Positions 1 through 9,335 of a stretch of DNA of 64,000 nt are shown here, piece after piece. Position numbers and translations under genes: made by a program. Below the pieces are notes generated by a model. The model saw only the letters and a program-made list of their open reading frames with translations, had not been told where the DNA came from and did not search any database. Within the stretch, counting starts at the first letter, position 1. Each line of letters begins with the position of its first letter. The stretch spans positions 22,610 to 86,609 of the forward strand of contig JAQTSY010000001.1 of NCBI GenBank assembly GCA_028711065.1, in the 5' to 3' direction. This stretch comes from Minisyncoccota bacterium (GTDB lineage Bacteria; Patescibacteriota; Minisyncoccia; Phycocordibacterales; JAQTLZ01).

Positions 1-14
1 ATAATGAAAGATAT

Positions 15-572
15 ATGCCAGGACTTTACACAGGAAAGGGAGATGCTGGTACCACAAAAATCTTTACCAGCAAGGAGCGGATTTCAAAAGACTCTCCGGT
101 CATAGAAGCGCTCGGCTCACTTGATGAGCTCAATTCCTTTTTAGGTATCTGTAAAGTGCTCTCGTATGAGAAGAAGCTCAAACTGGAATCAGATCTTCTA
201 GGAGATATCATTCACGCAATACAAAAAGACCTTTTTATCGTGCAGGCGGAGCTTGCTGGTTCTGAAATGACTATCTCGCGCAAAAAGGTGGAAAGTCTTG
301 AAGCTCTTATTGCAACAGTCGAAAAGATAATTCCACCTATAAAAACATTCCGCATAGCAGGCGGGACAGAGCTTGCAGCGCATTTTGACGTGGCACGGAC
401 AGCTGTCCGCAGAGCCGAACGGCGAGTGGTTGGAGCGGGAGAAAAAGGAAATAAAGTTGGGCTAGACACTTTGGCATTTGTAAACCGCCTCTCGAGCGTC
501 TTTTATGCATTCGCTCGTTTTGTAAATGATCAAGAAAAAATCATTGAGCCTTCTCCAGACTACAGCCTTTAA
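15..572 (+). CDS. PduO-type ATP:cob(I)alamin adenosyltransferase
   Basis: YTGKGDAGTT, ALGSLDELNS and RTAVRRAERR motifs. Confidence 0.9.
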   Translation: MPGLYTGKGDAGTTKIFTSKERISKDSPVIEALGSLDELNSFLGICKVLSYEKKLKLESDLLGDIIHAIQKDLFIVQAELAGSEMTISRKKVESLEALIATVEKIIPPIKTFRIAGGTELAAHFDVARTAVRRAERRVVGAGEKGNKVGLDTLAFVNRLSSVFYAFARFVNDQEKIIEPSPDYSL

Positions 573-635
573 AATTGTAGTTTTCATTTCTTCTTGTATA
601 CTAAGTGGGCGAAAAGTAAAATCACTTTATTTTAT

Positions 636-1286
636 ATGCAAATGTTAGAGGATCACGAGCCAATTTCTACTATAACGTATCCTGAAAGTGATAGAGAGAA
701 ATGGAAATCAGGAGCAGAGAAATTTCAGCACTTTTTCGCTTCCTTGGGGGGAGAAAATACTATAGGCCTTGACCATCAAGATTTCGGCGTCATCGAAGCT
801 TTTTTCTTAGAAGAAAAACCGCTTCTCTTTCTTCATCAAATGAGCGATCGAGCTCGAAAAGAATTTGTAAATTCTGGTTTTTTTGTAGAGGGAAGTTATG
901 TATACAACCAGGCTCTCGTGAAAACTTTGCTTCAAGAAGAGCCGGGGTTAAAAGAAGAACTTGAAAGTGAAGAGCCAAAGGTAGCAATGAAAAAATTATC
1001 TGCTGCTGATCACACTGATTTTGCTTTTTCTCGCGGCATTCTCTTAGGCATTCCCCGGAGTGCTGTAGAAGATTTTGTTAGATATCAGGATGATATGAAA
1101 AGAAATGAAAATATGCCAAAGAAAATAATTGATGTGTATACAGTAAAATGGGGCGAGTGGCGCGATGAGCCTGACGCAAGAGCTTTCGAGGAAAAGCTTA
1201 GCGCAGCGTTTGAGCAATCAGGAATTCTTGAAGTGTTGGATCCGCGCCAATTTAAAACTGCAGATGGAATGGATATCCGGGTATAA
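636..1286 (+). CDS. Hypothetical protein
   Basis: Long ORF; ATG at 636 preferred over the TTG at 594; GILLGIP motif; no family recognised. Confidence 0.6.
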   Translation: MQMLEDHEPISTITYPESDREKWKSGAEKFQHFFASLGGENTIGLDHQDFGVIEAFFLEEKPLLFLHQMSDRARKEFVNSGFFVEGSYVYNQALVKTLLQEEPGLKEELESEEPKVAMKKLSAADHTDFAFSRGILLGIPRSAVEDFVRYQDDMKRNENMPKKIIDVYTVKWGEWRDEPDARAFEEKLSAAFEQSGILEVLDPRQFKTADGMDIRV

Positions 1287-1351
1287 TTGTCGAACTATGA
1301 AATATGATATAAAAAATGTTGTTTTGGTTCCGAAGAGAAAACTCTCCAATC

Positions 1352-2287
1352 ATGGCCACTAAAGAAAAGAAAATATTAGTTTCGGGTTCGCTTGCAATCG
1401 ATCTCATTTTTGATATTCATGGAAAAATTCAAAACGAAATTGTTTTGCCGGTTCAAAGCCAGCAAAATATGATGTTTGTGGCAAAGCGAAAAATTGAACG
1501 ATACGGGGGGACTGGTGGAAATATTGCTTATGGCCTCGGGCTTCTTGGCGCGAAGCCGATTCTCGTGTCTGCGGTAGGGAAAGATTTCGACAATGGTTTT
1601 CGGCAACACTTACTTTCTCACGGCGTGATTCCTAAAGTTTTTATTGAAAAAAAAGGCTTTACCGCGAATTTTTATGGAATGTCTGATGAAAAAGGACAGC
1701 AAGTAGGGGTGTGGCAGCCAAATTGCTATCACGACCAAATCGAAAAATTTCCTTTGTCTAAAATCCTGCCGAAGCGTGAATTAAAGAAGGTGTCGTATGC
1801 CATCGTTTCTGCCGGAACGGGTAAAAGTATGCTCGCCCATATAGAAGAGCTTCGAAAAGTGTGCGGGAAAGAAATAACCACTCTCTTCGATCCGGGCCAG
1901 GTGCTTTCTGTTTTCTACGATAAAACACTTCTCGAAAAAACTCTGAAACTTGCCGATATTTTTATAGGAAACGAAGTTGAATTTAAACAAGCTGAAAGTA
2001 TTTTGGGATACTCGCGAGAAGAAATCTTTAAGCTCGGAATAACTACGCTTATCGAAACAAAAGGAAGTGAGGGAAGCGTCATTTATCATAAGAACGGCGC
2101 CAAAGAAAAAGTAAGCGCAGTAAAACCAAAAAAGATTGTTGAAACAACTGGGGCGGGTGACGCGTATCGCTCGGGGCTTCTTTTCGGTCTGTATCAAGGT
2201 TTAACCTTGAGAAAAAGCTGTGAACTCGGAGCAAAAATTGCTGCAAAAAGTATTGAATATTCAGGAGCACAGGAATATAAACTTTAA
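1352..2287 (+). CDS. PfkB-family carbohydrate/nucleoside kinase
   Basis: GGTGGNIAYGL and ETTGAGDAY motifs; start moved to ATG 1352. Confidence 0.9.
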   Translation: MATKEKKILVSGSLAIDLIFDIHGKIQNEIVLPVQSQQNMMFVAKRKIERYGGTGGNIAYGLGLLGAKPILVSAVGKDFDNGFRQHLLSHGVIPKVFIEKKGFTANFYGMSDEKGQQVGVWQPNCYHDQIEKFPLSKILPKRELKKVSYAIVSAGTGKSMLAHIEELRKVCGKEITTLFDPGQVLSVFYDKTLLEKTLKLADIFIGNEVEFKQAESILGYSREEIFKLGITTLIETKGSEGSVIYHKNGAKEKVSAVKPKKIVETTGAGDAYRSGLLFGLYQGLTLRKSCELGAKIAAKSIEYSGAQEYKL

Positions 2288-2333
2288 GACGCAATCCACA
2301 ACCCCCATAATCTCTCTGGGGTATACTTAAAGT

Positions 2334-3053
2334 ATGCGGAAAAAGGTAATGCGAGTCTATCGCACGAAATATCATCTGCTTGGTACGATCCTTGTGATCG
2401 TCGTGCCTTTTCTTTTCCTCCTTTATTTTTCTCGAGTTTCGAATATTGATACCGGAGTGCTTTTTGAAAATTTGGTTTTGTCAGTCGGACGAATTATCGT
2501 TGCATACATTATTTCCGCTGTACTCGCTTGGGTGCTCGCAGTATTCTTTTATCGGGGAAAACGCGCCGATTATGCCCTTCCCGTTTTCGACATTCTTCAA
2601 AGTTTTCCCACTTCCGCCACTCTTCCTCTCGCTGCACTTATCTGGGGAAAGACAAACAGCACAGTTATTTTCTTTCTGGTTCTCACGATGATTTGGCCGA
2701 TTCTTTTCTCTCTTATAAGCGCGCTCAAACTCGTAAAGCATGAATGGGAAGAATCTGTCGAAATAGGAGGTATTACTGGTTGGCGATATATAAAATCATT
2801 TTTGATTCCCGTAAGTTTTCCCGCTCTCGTTACAGGCTCTATCATTGGTATTGGAGAAGGATGGGAAGCACTTGTTGCAACAGAAATTATTATCGGTATT
2901 CAATCCGGCCTCGGACATTTTTTCGAACAATTCGCTACAAATACAACCCTTACAGCTCTTGGGGTGCTTGGTTTTCTCCTTCTTATCTTCAGCGTGAACA
3001 AAATAATCTGGCTCCCTCTTTTGGAGCGAAGCCATAAGATGCTAGAAGAATAA
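2334..3053 (+). CDS. NitT/TauT-type ABC transporter permease
   Basis: Multi-TM protein, W-x-ALVATE motif, next to an ABC ATPase. Confidence 0.85.
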   Translation: MRKKVMRVYRTKYHLLGTILVIVVPFLFLLYFSRVSNIDTGVLFENLVLSVGRIIVAYIISAVLAWVLAVFFYRGKRADYALPVFDILQSFPTSATLPLAALIWGKTNSTVIFFLVLTMIWPILFSLISALKLVKHEWEESVEIGGITGWRYIKSFLIPVSFPALVTGSIIGIGEGWEALVATEIIIGIQSGLGHFFEQFATNTTLTALGVLGFLLLIFSVNKIIWLPLLERSHKMLEE

Positions 3054-3065
3054 CTTTTTATTTTC

Positions 3066-3845
3066 ATGAGTACCATTTTGCATTTAAAAAACGTAGCAAA
3101 AACATTCCGCGATGAGCACCGCAAAGAAGCTCGAATACTCACTGATATAAACCTTGAGATAAAAGAAGGAGAAATATTCTCTTTTCTCGGCGCTTCCGGC
3201 TCTGGCAAGTCAACGCTTCTTCGGCTTATGTCCGGACTTGATAAGGAATTCACCGGAGAAATTGTCTGGGCACCTTCTGCAAATCCTAAAGAATGCGGAT
3301 TTGTTTTCCAGCAGTTCGCTCTTTTGCCGTGGCTTACGGTGCATCAAAACATAGAACTTTGGCTCATCTCTCGAAATATTCCGCTTGCCGAAAGAGAACG
3401 CCGAGTCAAAAAAGAACTCCAGGTAATGAAGCTCGAACGAGCAGGGCATTTGTATCCTCACGAGCTTTCCGGGGGGATGAAGCAAAGAGTGGGTATTGCG
3501 CGTGCGCTCGTAATCGAGCCGAAAATTATCTTTATGGACGAAGCCTTTTCAGAGCTTGATTCATATACCGCGCAAACCCTCCGCCAGGAACTTTTGAATA
3601 TTTGGCAGGAAAGAAAGATGACCATTGTCATGGTCACTCATATTCTCGAAGAAGCACTTGAGCTTGCAGACAGAATCGCTGTTTTAACATCAGATCATCC
3701 GTCCACCATTTCACACGTGATGGAAAATTCCTTATCGCGTCCGAGACAGAAGCGCTCGCCAGAATTTTTCGCTCACGAAGATAAACTGTTCGGATATGTA
3801 CGCCCACATCTGGAAGCAAAAGAAAGGCGAGATGCTTTGATGTAA
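3066..3845 (+). CDS. NitT/TauT-type ABC transporter ATP-binding protein
   Basis: GASGSGKST, FQQFALLPW, LSGGMKQR, FMDE. Confidence 0.9.
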   Translation: MSTILHLKNVAKTFRDEHRKEARILTDINLEIKEGEIFSFLGASGSGKSTLLRLMSGLDKEFTGEIVWAPSANPKECGFVFQQFALLPWLTVHQNIELWLISRNIPLAERERRVKKELQVMKLERAGHLYPHELSGGMKQRVGIARALVIEPKIIFMDEAFSELDSYTAQTLRQELLNIWQERKMTIVMVTHILEEALELADRIAVLTSDHPSTISHVMENSLSRPRQKRSPEFFAHEDKLFGYVRPHLEAKERRDALM

Positions 3846-3874
3846 GTTTTCTGCTATACTCTCGTCTAACTAAT

Positions 3875-4672
3875 ATGATCGAAGTTAAAAATCTCGTAAA
3901 AAAGTTTGGAAATTTCACCGCTGTGAAAAATGTCAGTTTCGAAGTTAAGAAAGGTGAAATTTTTGCATTTCTGGGTCCCAATGGTGCAGGGAAATCAACT
4001 ACGATAAAAATGCTTACGACCCTCCTTCATCCCACGGAAGGGACGATTCGAATTGACGGAAATAATCCCGTAACACAGGCAAACCAGGTCCGTCACGCCT
4101 TCGGCATCGTCTTTCAAGACCCAAGTCTCGACGATGAGCTTACAGCGTGGGAAAACATGGAATTTCACGGCGTACTGTATGGAATGCCGAAGAAACTTCG
4201 CCGACAAAGAATTGATGAACTTATGGCATTCGTAGAGCTTACTGATCGTAAAGACAGCCTGGTAAAACAATTTTCCGGAGGAATGAAACGCCGGCTTGAA
4301 ATTGCGAGGGGTCTTATTCATCATCCGAAAATCATCTTCTTGGACGAGCCGACCCTCGGTCTTGATCCGCAAACTCGAAATCATATGTGGACGTATCTTC
4401 AGGAATTAAATAAATCTGAAGGTGTTACTATTTTTTTCACCACGCACTACATGGAGGAGGCTGCAAAAGTTGCGCAAAGGATTGCCATTATAGACCACGG
4501 AACCATTGTGGCTTCCGGCACAGCAGATTCCTTAAAAGAACAAACGAGCACCAAATCTCTTGAAGAAGCATTTCTGGCCCTCACAGGAAAGACAATTCGA
4601 GAAGAGGAAGCCGGCGCAGGGGATCATATGCGCCAGATGCGCCAAGTATGGAGAGGGGGAAATAAAAGATAA
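3875..4672 (+). CDS. ABC-2 (DrrA-like) ATP-binding protein
   Basis: GPNGAGKST, FSGGMKRRLEIAR, LDEPT. Confidence 0.9.
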   Translation: MIEVKNLVKKFGNFTAVKNVSFEVKKGEIFAFLGPNGAGKSTTIKMLTTLLHPTEGTIRIDGNNPVTQANQVRHAFGIVFQDPSLDDELTAWENMEFHGVLYGMPKKLRRQRIDELMAFVELTDRKDSLVKQFSGGMKRRLEIARGLIHHPKIIFLDEPTLGLDPQTRNHMWTYLQELNKSEGVTIFFTTHYMEEAAKVAQRIAIIDHGTIVASGTADSLKEQTSTKSLEEAFLALTGKTIREEEAGAGDHMRQMRQVWRGGNKR

Positions 4673-4678
4673 AAAACT

Positions 4679-5431
4679 ATGCTTTCAACTATTTACATTC
4701 TTTGGCTTCGACAAATTAAGCGATACATACGCTCCAAGTCTCGCATAATTGGTTCTCTTGGCCAGCCAATTCTATTTCTCTTGGCACTCGGATATGGGTT
4801 CGGGCCGGTTTTCCAGCAAGCGGGAAAAGGGAATTATATTAATTTTCTCGTTCCCGGAGTGGTTGGAATGGGAATTATTTTCACGGCGATCTTTTCAGGA
4901 ATTGAAGTGATCTGGGACAGGCAATTTGGATTTTTGAAAGAGACGCTTGTTGCTCCCGTATCTCGTTACAATATTATGGTTGGAAGAACTTTGGGGGGCG
5001 CAACCGTTGCAGTAATGCAGGGTGTTGTTGTCTTTCTTCTGTCGCTTTTTACTGGTTTCCATCCCGTATCTTGGGCAGTCATGCCTCTCGTTCTCGTTGT
5101 TATGTTTCTTGTCGCAATTCTCTTCACAGCTTTGGGCACTGCGATCGCTTCGAGATTGGAAGACATGCAGGGCTTTCAGCTTATTATGAACTTTTTGGTG
5201 ATGCCTCTCTTTTTCCTTTCAGGTTCTTTGTTTCCTCTCGGGGAATCTGGCCAGGGGGTCATAGGTACGATCGCGAAATTTGATCCGCTTTCATATGGGA
5301 TTGACGCGATGCGAGGACTTCTCGTCGGCGGATATCATTTCGGATTGGGGACTGATATAACAGTACTTTCTCTTATAACGGTTGTGTTCGTTCTTATTGG
5401 AGGTTATCTCTTTTCTAAAATAGAGATCTAG
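4679..5431 (+). CDS. ABC-2 type permease
   Basis: About six TM segments, DRQFGFLKE and FLSG motifs. Confidence 0.88.
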   Translation: MLSTIYILWLRQIKRYIRSKSRIIGSLGQPILFLLALGYGFGPVFQQAGKGNYINFLVPGVVGMGIIFTAIFSGIEVIWDRQFGFLKETLVAPVSRYNIMVGRTLGGATVAVMQGVVVFLLSLFTGFHPVSWAVMPLVLVVMFLVAILFTALGTAIASRLEDMQGFQLIMNFLVMPLFFLSGSLFPLGESGQGVIGTIAKFDPLSYGIDAMRGLLVGGYHFGLGTDITVLSLITVVFVLIGGYLFSKIEI

Positions 5432-5435
5432 CAAT

Positions 5436-6368
5436 ATGGAAAATTCATCGAAGACCTTGAAGGGAAGCGCGCTTGTTGTGTGCGCCGCGCTTCTTTGGGC
5501 GCTCGACGGAGTAATACGAAGAAGTCTTTTCACTCTTCCTCCGATTACCATCATCTTTTTTGAGCATCTTTTCGGCGCCATCATTATTTTACCGTTTGTC
5601 TGGAAAGCGCTTGCCTCCGAACGTCTCCTTGTCCAGGAATGGCTCATGATCATTCTCATATCTCTTTTAAGCGGACTTTTTGGGACACTTTGGTTTACCA
5701 CCGCGCTTCTCAAATCCGGCTTCATCTCATTTAGCGTAGTTTTTTTACTGCAAAAACTTCAACCGATCTTTGCAATCTCCACCGCACGAATATTTCTAAA
5801 GGAAAAACTTACGAAAAAATATATTATTTGGGCTGTGCTGGCTCTGGTGGCTGCCTATTTTGTTACCTTTCCAAAAGGAATAGTAAATTTTTCTACCGGA
5901 AGCGGAACTGTTATCGCCGCTCTCTATGCACTGGGCGCAGCGTTCGCATGGGGTTCATCTACTACTTTTTCTAAAATCGCCCTGAAGAAAAGATCTCATA
6001 GTTATGTTACTGCTGTCCGGTTTTTCATCACAACCCTTCTTGCACTCTGTTTTATGATTATAATTCACCAAACTCCTTCACTCCATTATCCTAGTCTTTC
6101 CCAGTTCGCTCGCTTTGCTCTTATTGCAGTTTCGACAGGAATGCTAGCACTTCTCATCTATTACAAAGGCTTGCAAAAAATTCCGGTAAAGGTTTCTACT
6201 ATTCTTGAGCTCACTTTTCCACTTGTTGCCATTCTCATAGACGCGATTCTTTATCACTCGTTTCTTTCCTTCAGTCAGGCAATTGCAGCAATTGTGTTAA
6301 TTGCGAGTATGTATAAAATATCTACTATAAGAATTTCTGAAAATGAAACTTCTATTCAAAACAACTAG
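5436..6368 (+). CDS. DMT/EamA family transporter
   Basis: About ten TM segments, LQPIF...FLKEK repeat pattern. Confidence 0.85.
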   Translation: MENSSKTLKGSALVVCAALLWALDGVIRRSLFTLPPITIIFFEHLFGAIIILPFVWKALASERLLVQEWLMIILISLLSGLFGTLWFTTALLKSGFISFSVVFLLQKLQPIFAISTARIFLKEKLTKKYIIWAVLALVAAYFVTFPKGIVNFSTGSGTVIAALYALGAAFAWGSSTTFSKIALKKRSHSYVTAVRFFITTLLALCFMIIIHQTPSLHYPSLSQFARFALIAVSTGMLALLIYYKGLQKIPVKVSTILELTFPLVAILIDAILYHSFLSFSQAIAAIVLIASMYKISTIRISENETSIQNN

Positions 6369-6717
6369 TAAGACTGGAAAAGGGCGAGGTAAACTTCTCG
6401 GGTTTCCGACAGTGAATCTTGTTATTCCGGATGAACTTTCTTTGACCATGCAAGAGGGGATTTATGCCGCGCGCGCGACAATAAAAGAACAGAAATACGA
6501 AGCCGCGCTCTATTTCGGCACGGTCCCAACGTTTGAAGACGTTGACCATACTTTAGAGCTTTATCTTATTGATGCTGATCACCCCATCATTTTTGCCGGA
6601 GAAGTTGTTGAATTTCAAGTAATAAAATTTATTCGAGGAGTCCAAAAATTTGATTCTCCAGAGCTTCTTGTCCGCCAGATGCAGAAAGATGTTGAATCGA
6701 TAAAATCTATTCTCTGA
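6343..6717 (+). CDS. Stand-alone riboflavin kinase
   Basis: GKGRGKLLGFPTVN, GIY, PTF, FIRG..KF motifs of the RibF kinase domain; no FAD synthetase domain. Confidence 0.85.
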   Translation: MKLLFKTTSKTGKGRGKLLGFPTVNLVIPDELSLTMQEGIYAARATIKEQKYEAALYFGTVPTFEDVDHTLELYLIDADHPIIFAGEVVEFQVIKFIRGVQKFDSPELLVRQMQKDVESIKSIL

Positions 6718-6744
6718 ATCATTAAATTCTGCTAGAATGGCAGA

Positions 6745-9330
6745 ATGTCTCAATTAAGAAAGCGAAACTCGAAGAGTGTACGGCTTTCTAGCCATGTTAT
6801 ACCAGAAAGGTACGAGCTTAGCTTGAAGCCTGATCTCGAGGCTTTTACCTTTGAGGGGCAAGAAGCTATTACTCTTATTCTCAAAAAAGCTACCAAGACG
6901 ATAACGCTTCACTCAAAGAATCTGGAGATAGAATCTGCTGAAGTAGAATTTAGAAAAGAGAAGATCTTTGCTCTTAAAATTTCGTACGATGAGAAGGCAG
7001 AGACTGCTACATTTTTCTTTCAAAATGAAATTCCTAAAGGGAAGCTTAAGCTCGCTTTAGTGTTTCGAGGAGTTTTAAACGATTTAATGCGGGGCTTTTA
7101 TAGAAGTCGCTATGAACACGAGGGGAAGACGAAACACCTCGCTACGACCCAATTTGAGTCAACAGATGCCCGTCAGGCCTTTCCTTGTTTCGATGAGCCA
7201 GCTTTGAAGGCAATTTTCGATATCTCACTTGTCGTTCCGACGAATCTGACAGCCATTTCAAATACCATGCCCTCCAATATCCGGGAGCACGAGGGAGGAT
7301 ACAAAACCGTTACTTTTGAACCCACTCCGAAGATGTCTACCTATCTCGCGGCATTTATTGTTGGAGATTTTGAATCTATTGAAGGAAAAACTGCCCGCGG
7401 AACTCTTGTCCGAATTTTCACCACTCCAGGAAAAATTCATCAAGGAAAATTTGCTTTGGAAGTTGCGAAAAAATCGCTCACGTTTTTTGAAAAATATTTC
7501 GGCATTCATTATCCGCTTCCTGCGCTCGACCTAATCGCCATTCCTGATTTTCAATCAGGGGCAATGGAAAACTGGGGTGCAATTACCTATCGAGAGACTG
7601 CGCTTTTGTATGACGAAGAACATTCAGCCCTCGCTACGAAACAGCGAGTGGCTATTGTGATCGCGCACGAGATCGCTCATCAGTGGTTTGGAAATCTTGT
7701 AACCATGGAATGGTGGACGCATTTATGGTTAAACGAGGGGTTCGCAACGTACATTGAATACCTCGCGGTTGACGCAATGTTCCCAGAGTGGGACATGTGG
7801 ACGCAATTTCTTATCGAAGACCATGGGGTTGCCCTCCAACTTGACGCTCTGGCAAACACTCATCCGATCGAAGTTCCTGTACATCACCCGAACGAAATTA
7901 GTGAAATTTTCGATAAAGTTAGCTATTCAAAAGGAGGAAGTGTGATAAGAATGCTTGCAGAGTATCTTGGAAAAGAAAATTTCCGAAAAGGCCTTTCGCA
8001 TTATTTGAAGAAACACAGCTACGCAAATGCAGAAACTGCTGACCTTTGGAAAGCCCTCGAAAAAGTCTCCGGCAAACCTGTGGCAAAAATAATGCGAGAC
8101 TGGACGGAGCATCCAGGATACCCAGTTCTCCAAGTTTCGCAAGTACAAAGCAAATACAATTTAACCCAATCACGCTTCTTCTCAAGTCCGATTTCGGAAA
8201 GAAAAATGAAAGACAAGACTTTGTGGCATATTCCTGTAATTTCCAAATCGAATAATAAAAGCGGAGTAGATAAAACCATTTCGAATAAAAAAACCTTTGC
8301 AGTTTCGAGAAAAGCCGGTTCAAAGTGGACAAAGATAAATTACGGAGAAACGGGGTTCTTCCGCACCGCATATTCTAAGGAAGCACTTGAGAGTTTCAAG
8401 GAGCCAATTGAAAATAAGACGTTTGGCCCAATTGATCGGCTCGGCATTATCCGAGATGCTTTCGCACTTTTGGAGGCAGGGAAAATCGATGCAGAAAGTG
8501 TGCTAACTCTTTCGGAGAGTTTTAAAAACGAAGATGATTATGCTGTTTGGGGAGAATTGGCATCTGGACTCTCTTCGCTCACCGGAGTTTTGCCAGTAGG
8601 CAAGTTGAAAAATGAATACAAAGAATATGCCGGAAAGATATTTCTAGGAGTTGTTAAAAAATTAGGCTGGGCTAAAAAAGACGAAGAAAAGCACACGGTA
8701 ACACTTTTGCGCTCCCTTGTTCTTGGAAGTGCGGGACTTTACGGGAATAAAGAGGTTATAAAACGAGCACAAAGGCTTTTCCAAGATTTCATAGAAAAAG
8801 GTGCTCCAATTTGCGCGGATATTCGAGGCACTGTATACATGCTCGCAGCTCGTTATGGAGGAAAAAAAGAGCACGAAATTCTCACAGACCTCTACAAGAA
8901 AGAGAAACTTCAGGAAGAAAAAAATCGAATCGGGAGGGCGCTTGCGAATTTCTCGAGTGAAAAACTTATAGAGGAAACCCTCAATTTTGCCCTTTCCAAA
9001 GAAGTGCGAACACAGGATGCTTTTATTCTCATCATTTTGGCTTGGAGAAATCCGTACGGGCAGGAAATAACATGGAAATTTGTGAAAAAACATTGGGGTA
9101 AACTTTTGTCGCGGTACGGGGGAGCCGGAATCATTGCTCACATATTGGAGAGCGCTTCTGTTTTTGCAACAAACGAAAATGCGAAAGAGATCCTGAAATT
9201 TTTCAAAACTCATCCTGCACCTGGCGCGAAAAGAACTTTAGAACAAGCAATCGAGCAAATTTATTCGAATGTTCTCTGGAGAGAAAGGCTTCTGAAAACT
9301 TTGCCGGCATTTTTTAAAAAGAATAAATAA
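6745..9330 (+). CDS. M1 family aminopeptidase (puromycin-sensitive/ERAP1-C type)
   Basis: GAMENWG, HEIAHQWFGN, NEGFA and YSKG motifs. Confidence 0.93.
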   Translation: MSQLRKRNSKSVRLSSHVIPERYELSLKPDLEAFTFEGQEAITLILKKATKTITLHSKNLEIESAEVEFRKEKIFALKISYDEKAETATFFFQNEIPKGKLKLALVFRGVLNDLMRGFYRSRYEHEGKTKHLATTQFESTDARQAFPCFDEPALKAIFDISLVVPTNLTAISNTMPSNIREHEGGYKTVTFEPTPKMSTYLAAFIVGDFESIEGKTARGTLVRIFTTPGKIHQGKFALEVAKKSLTFFEKYFGIHYPLPALDLIAIPDFQSGAMENWGAITYRETALLYDEEHSALATKQRVAIVIAHEIAHQWFGNLVTMEWWTHLWLNEGFATYIEYLAVDAMFPEWDMWTQFLIEDHGVALQLDALANTHPIEVPVHHPNEISEIFDKVSYSKGGSVIRMLAEYLGKENFRKGLSHYLKKHSYANAETADLWKALEKVSGKPVAKIMRDWTEHPGYPVLQVSQVQSKYNLTQSRFFSSPISERKMKDKTLWHIPVISKSNNKSGVDKTISNKKTFAVSRKAGSKWTKINYGETGFFRTAYSKEALESFKEPIENKTFGPIDRLGIIRDAFALLEAGKIDAESVLTLSESFKNEDDYAVWGELASGLSSLTGVLPVGKLKNEYKEYAGKIFLGVVKKLGWAKKDEEKHTVTLLRSLVLGSAGLYGNKEVIKRAQRLFQDFIEKGAPICADIRGTVYMLAARYGGKKEHEILTDLYKKEKLQEEKNRIGRALANFSSEKLIEETLNFALSKEVRTQDAFILIILAWRNPYGQEITWKFVKKHWGKLLSRYGGAGIIAHILESASVFATNENAKEILKFFKTHPAPGAKRTLEQAIEQIYSNVLWRERLLKTLPAFFKKNK

Positions 9331-9335
9331 TTATT

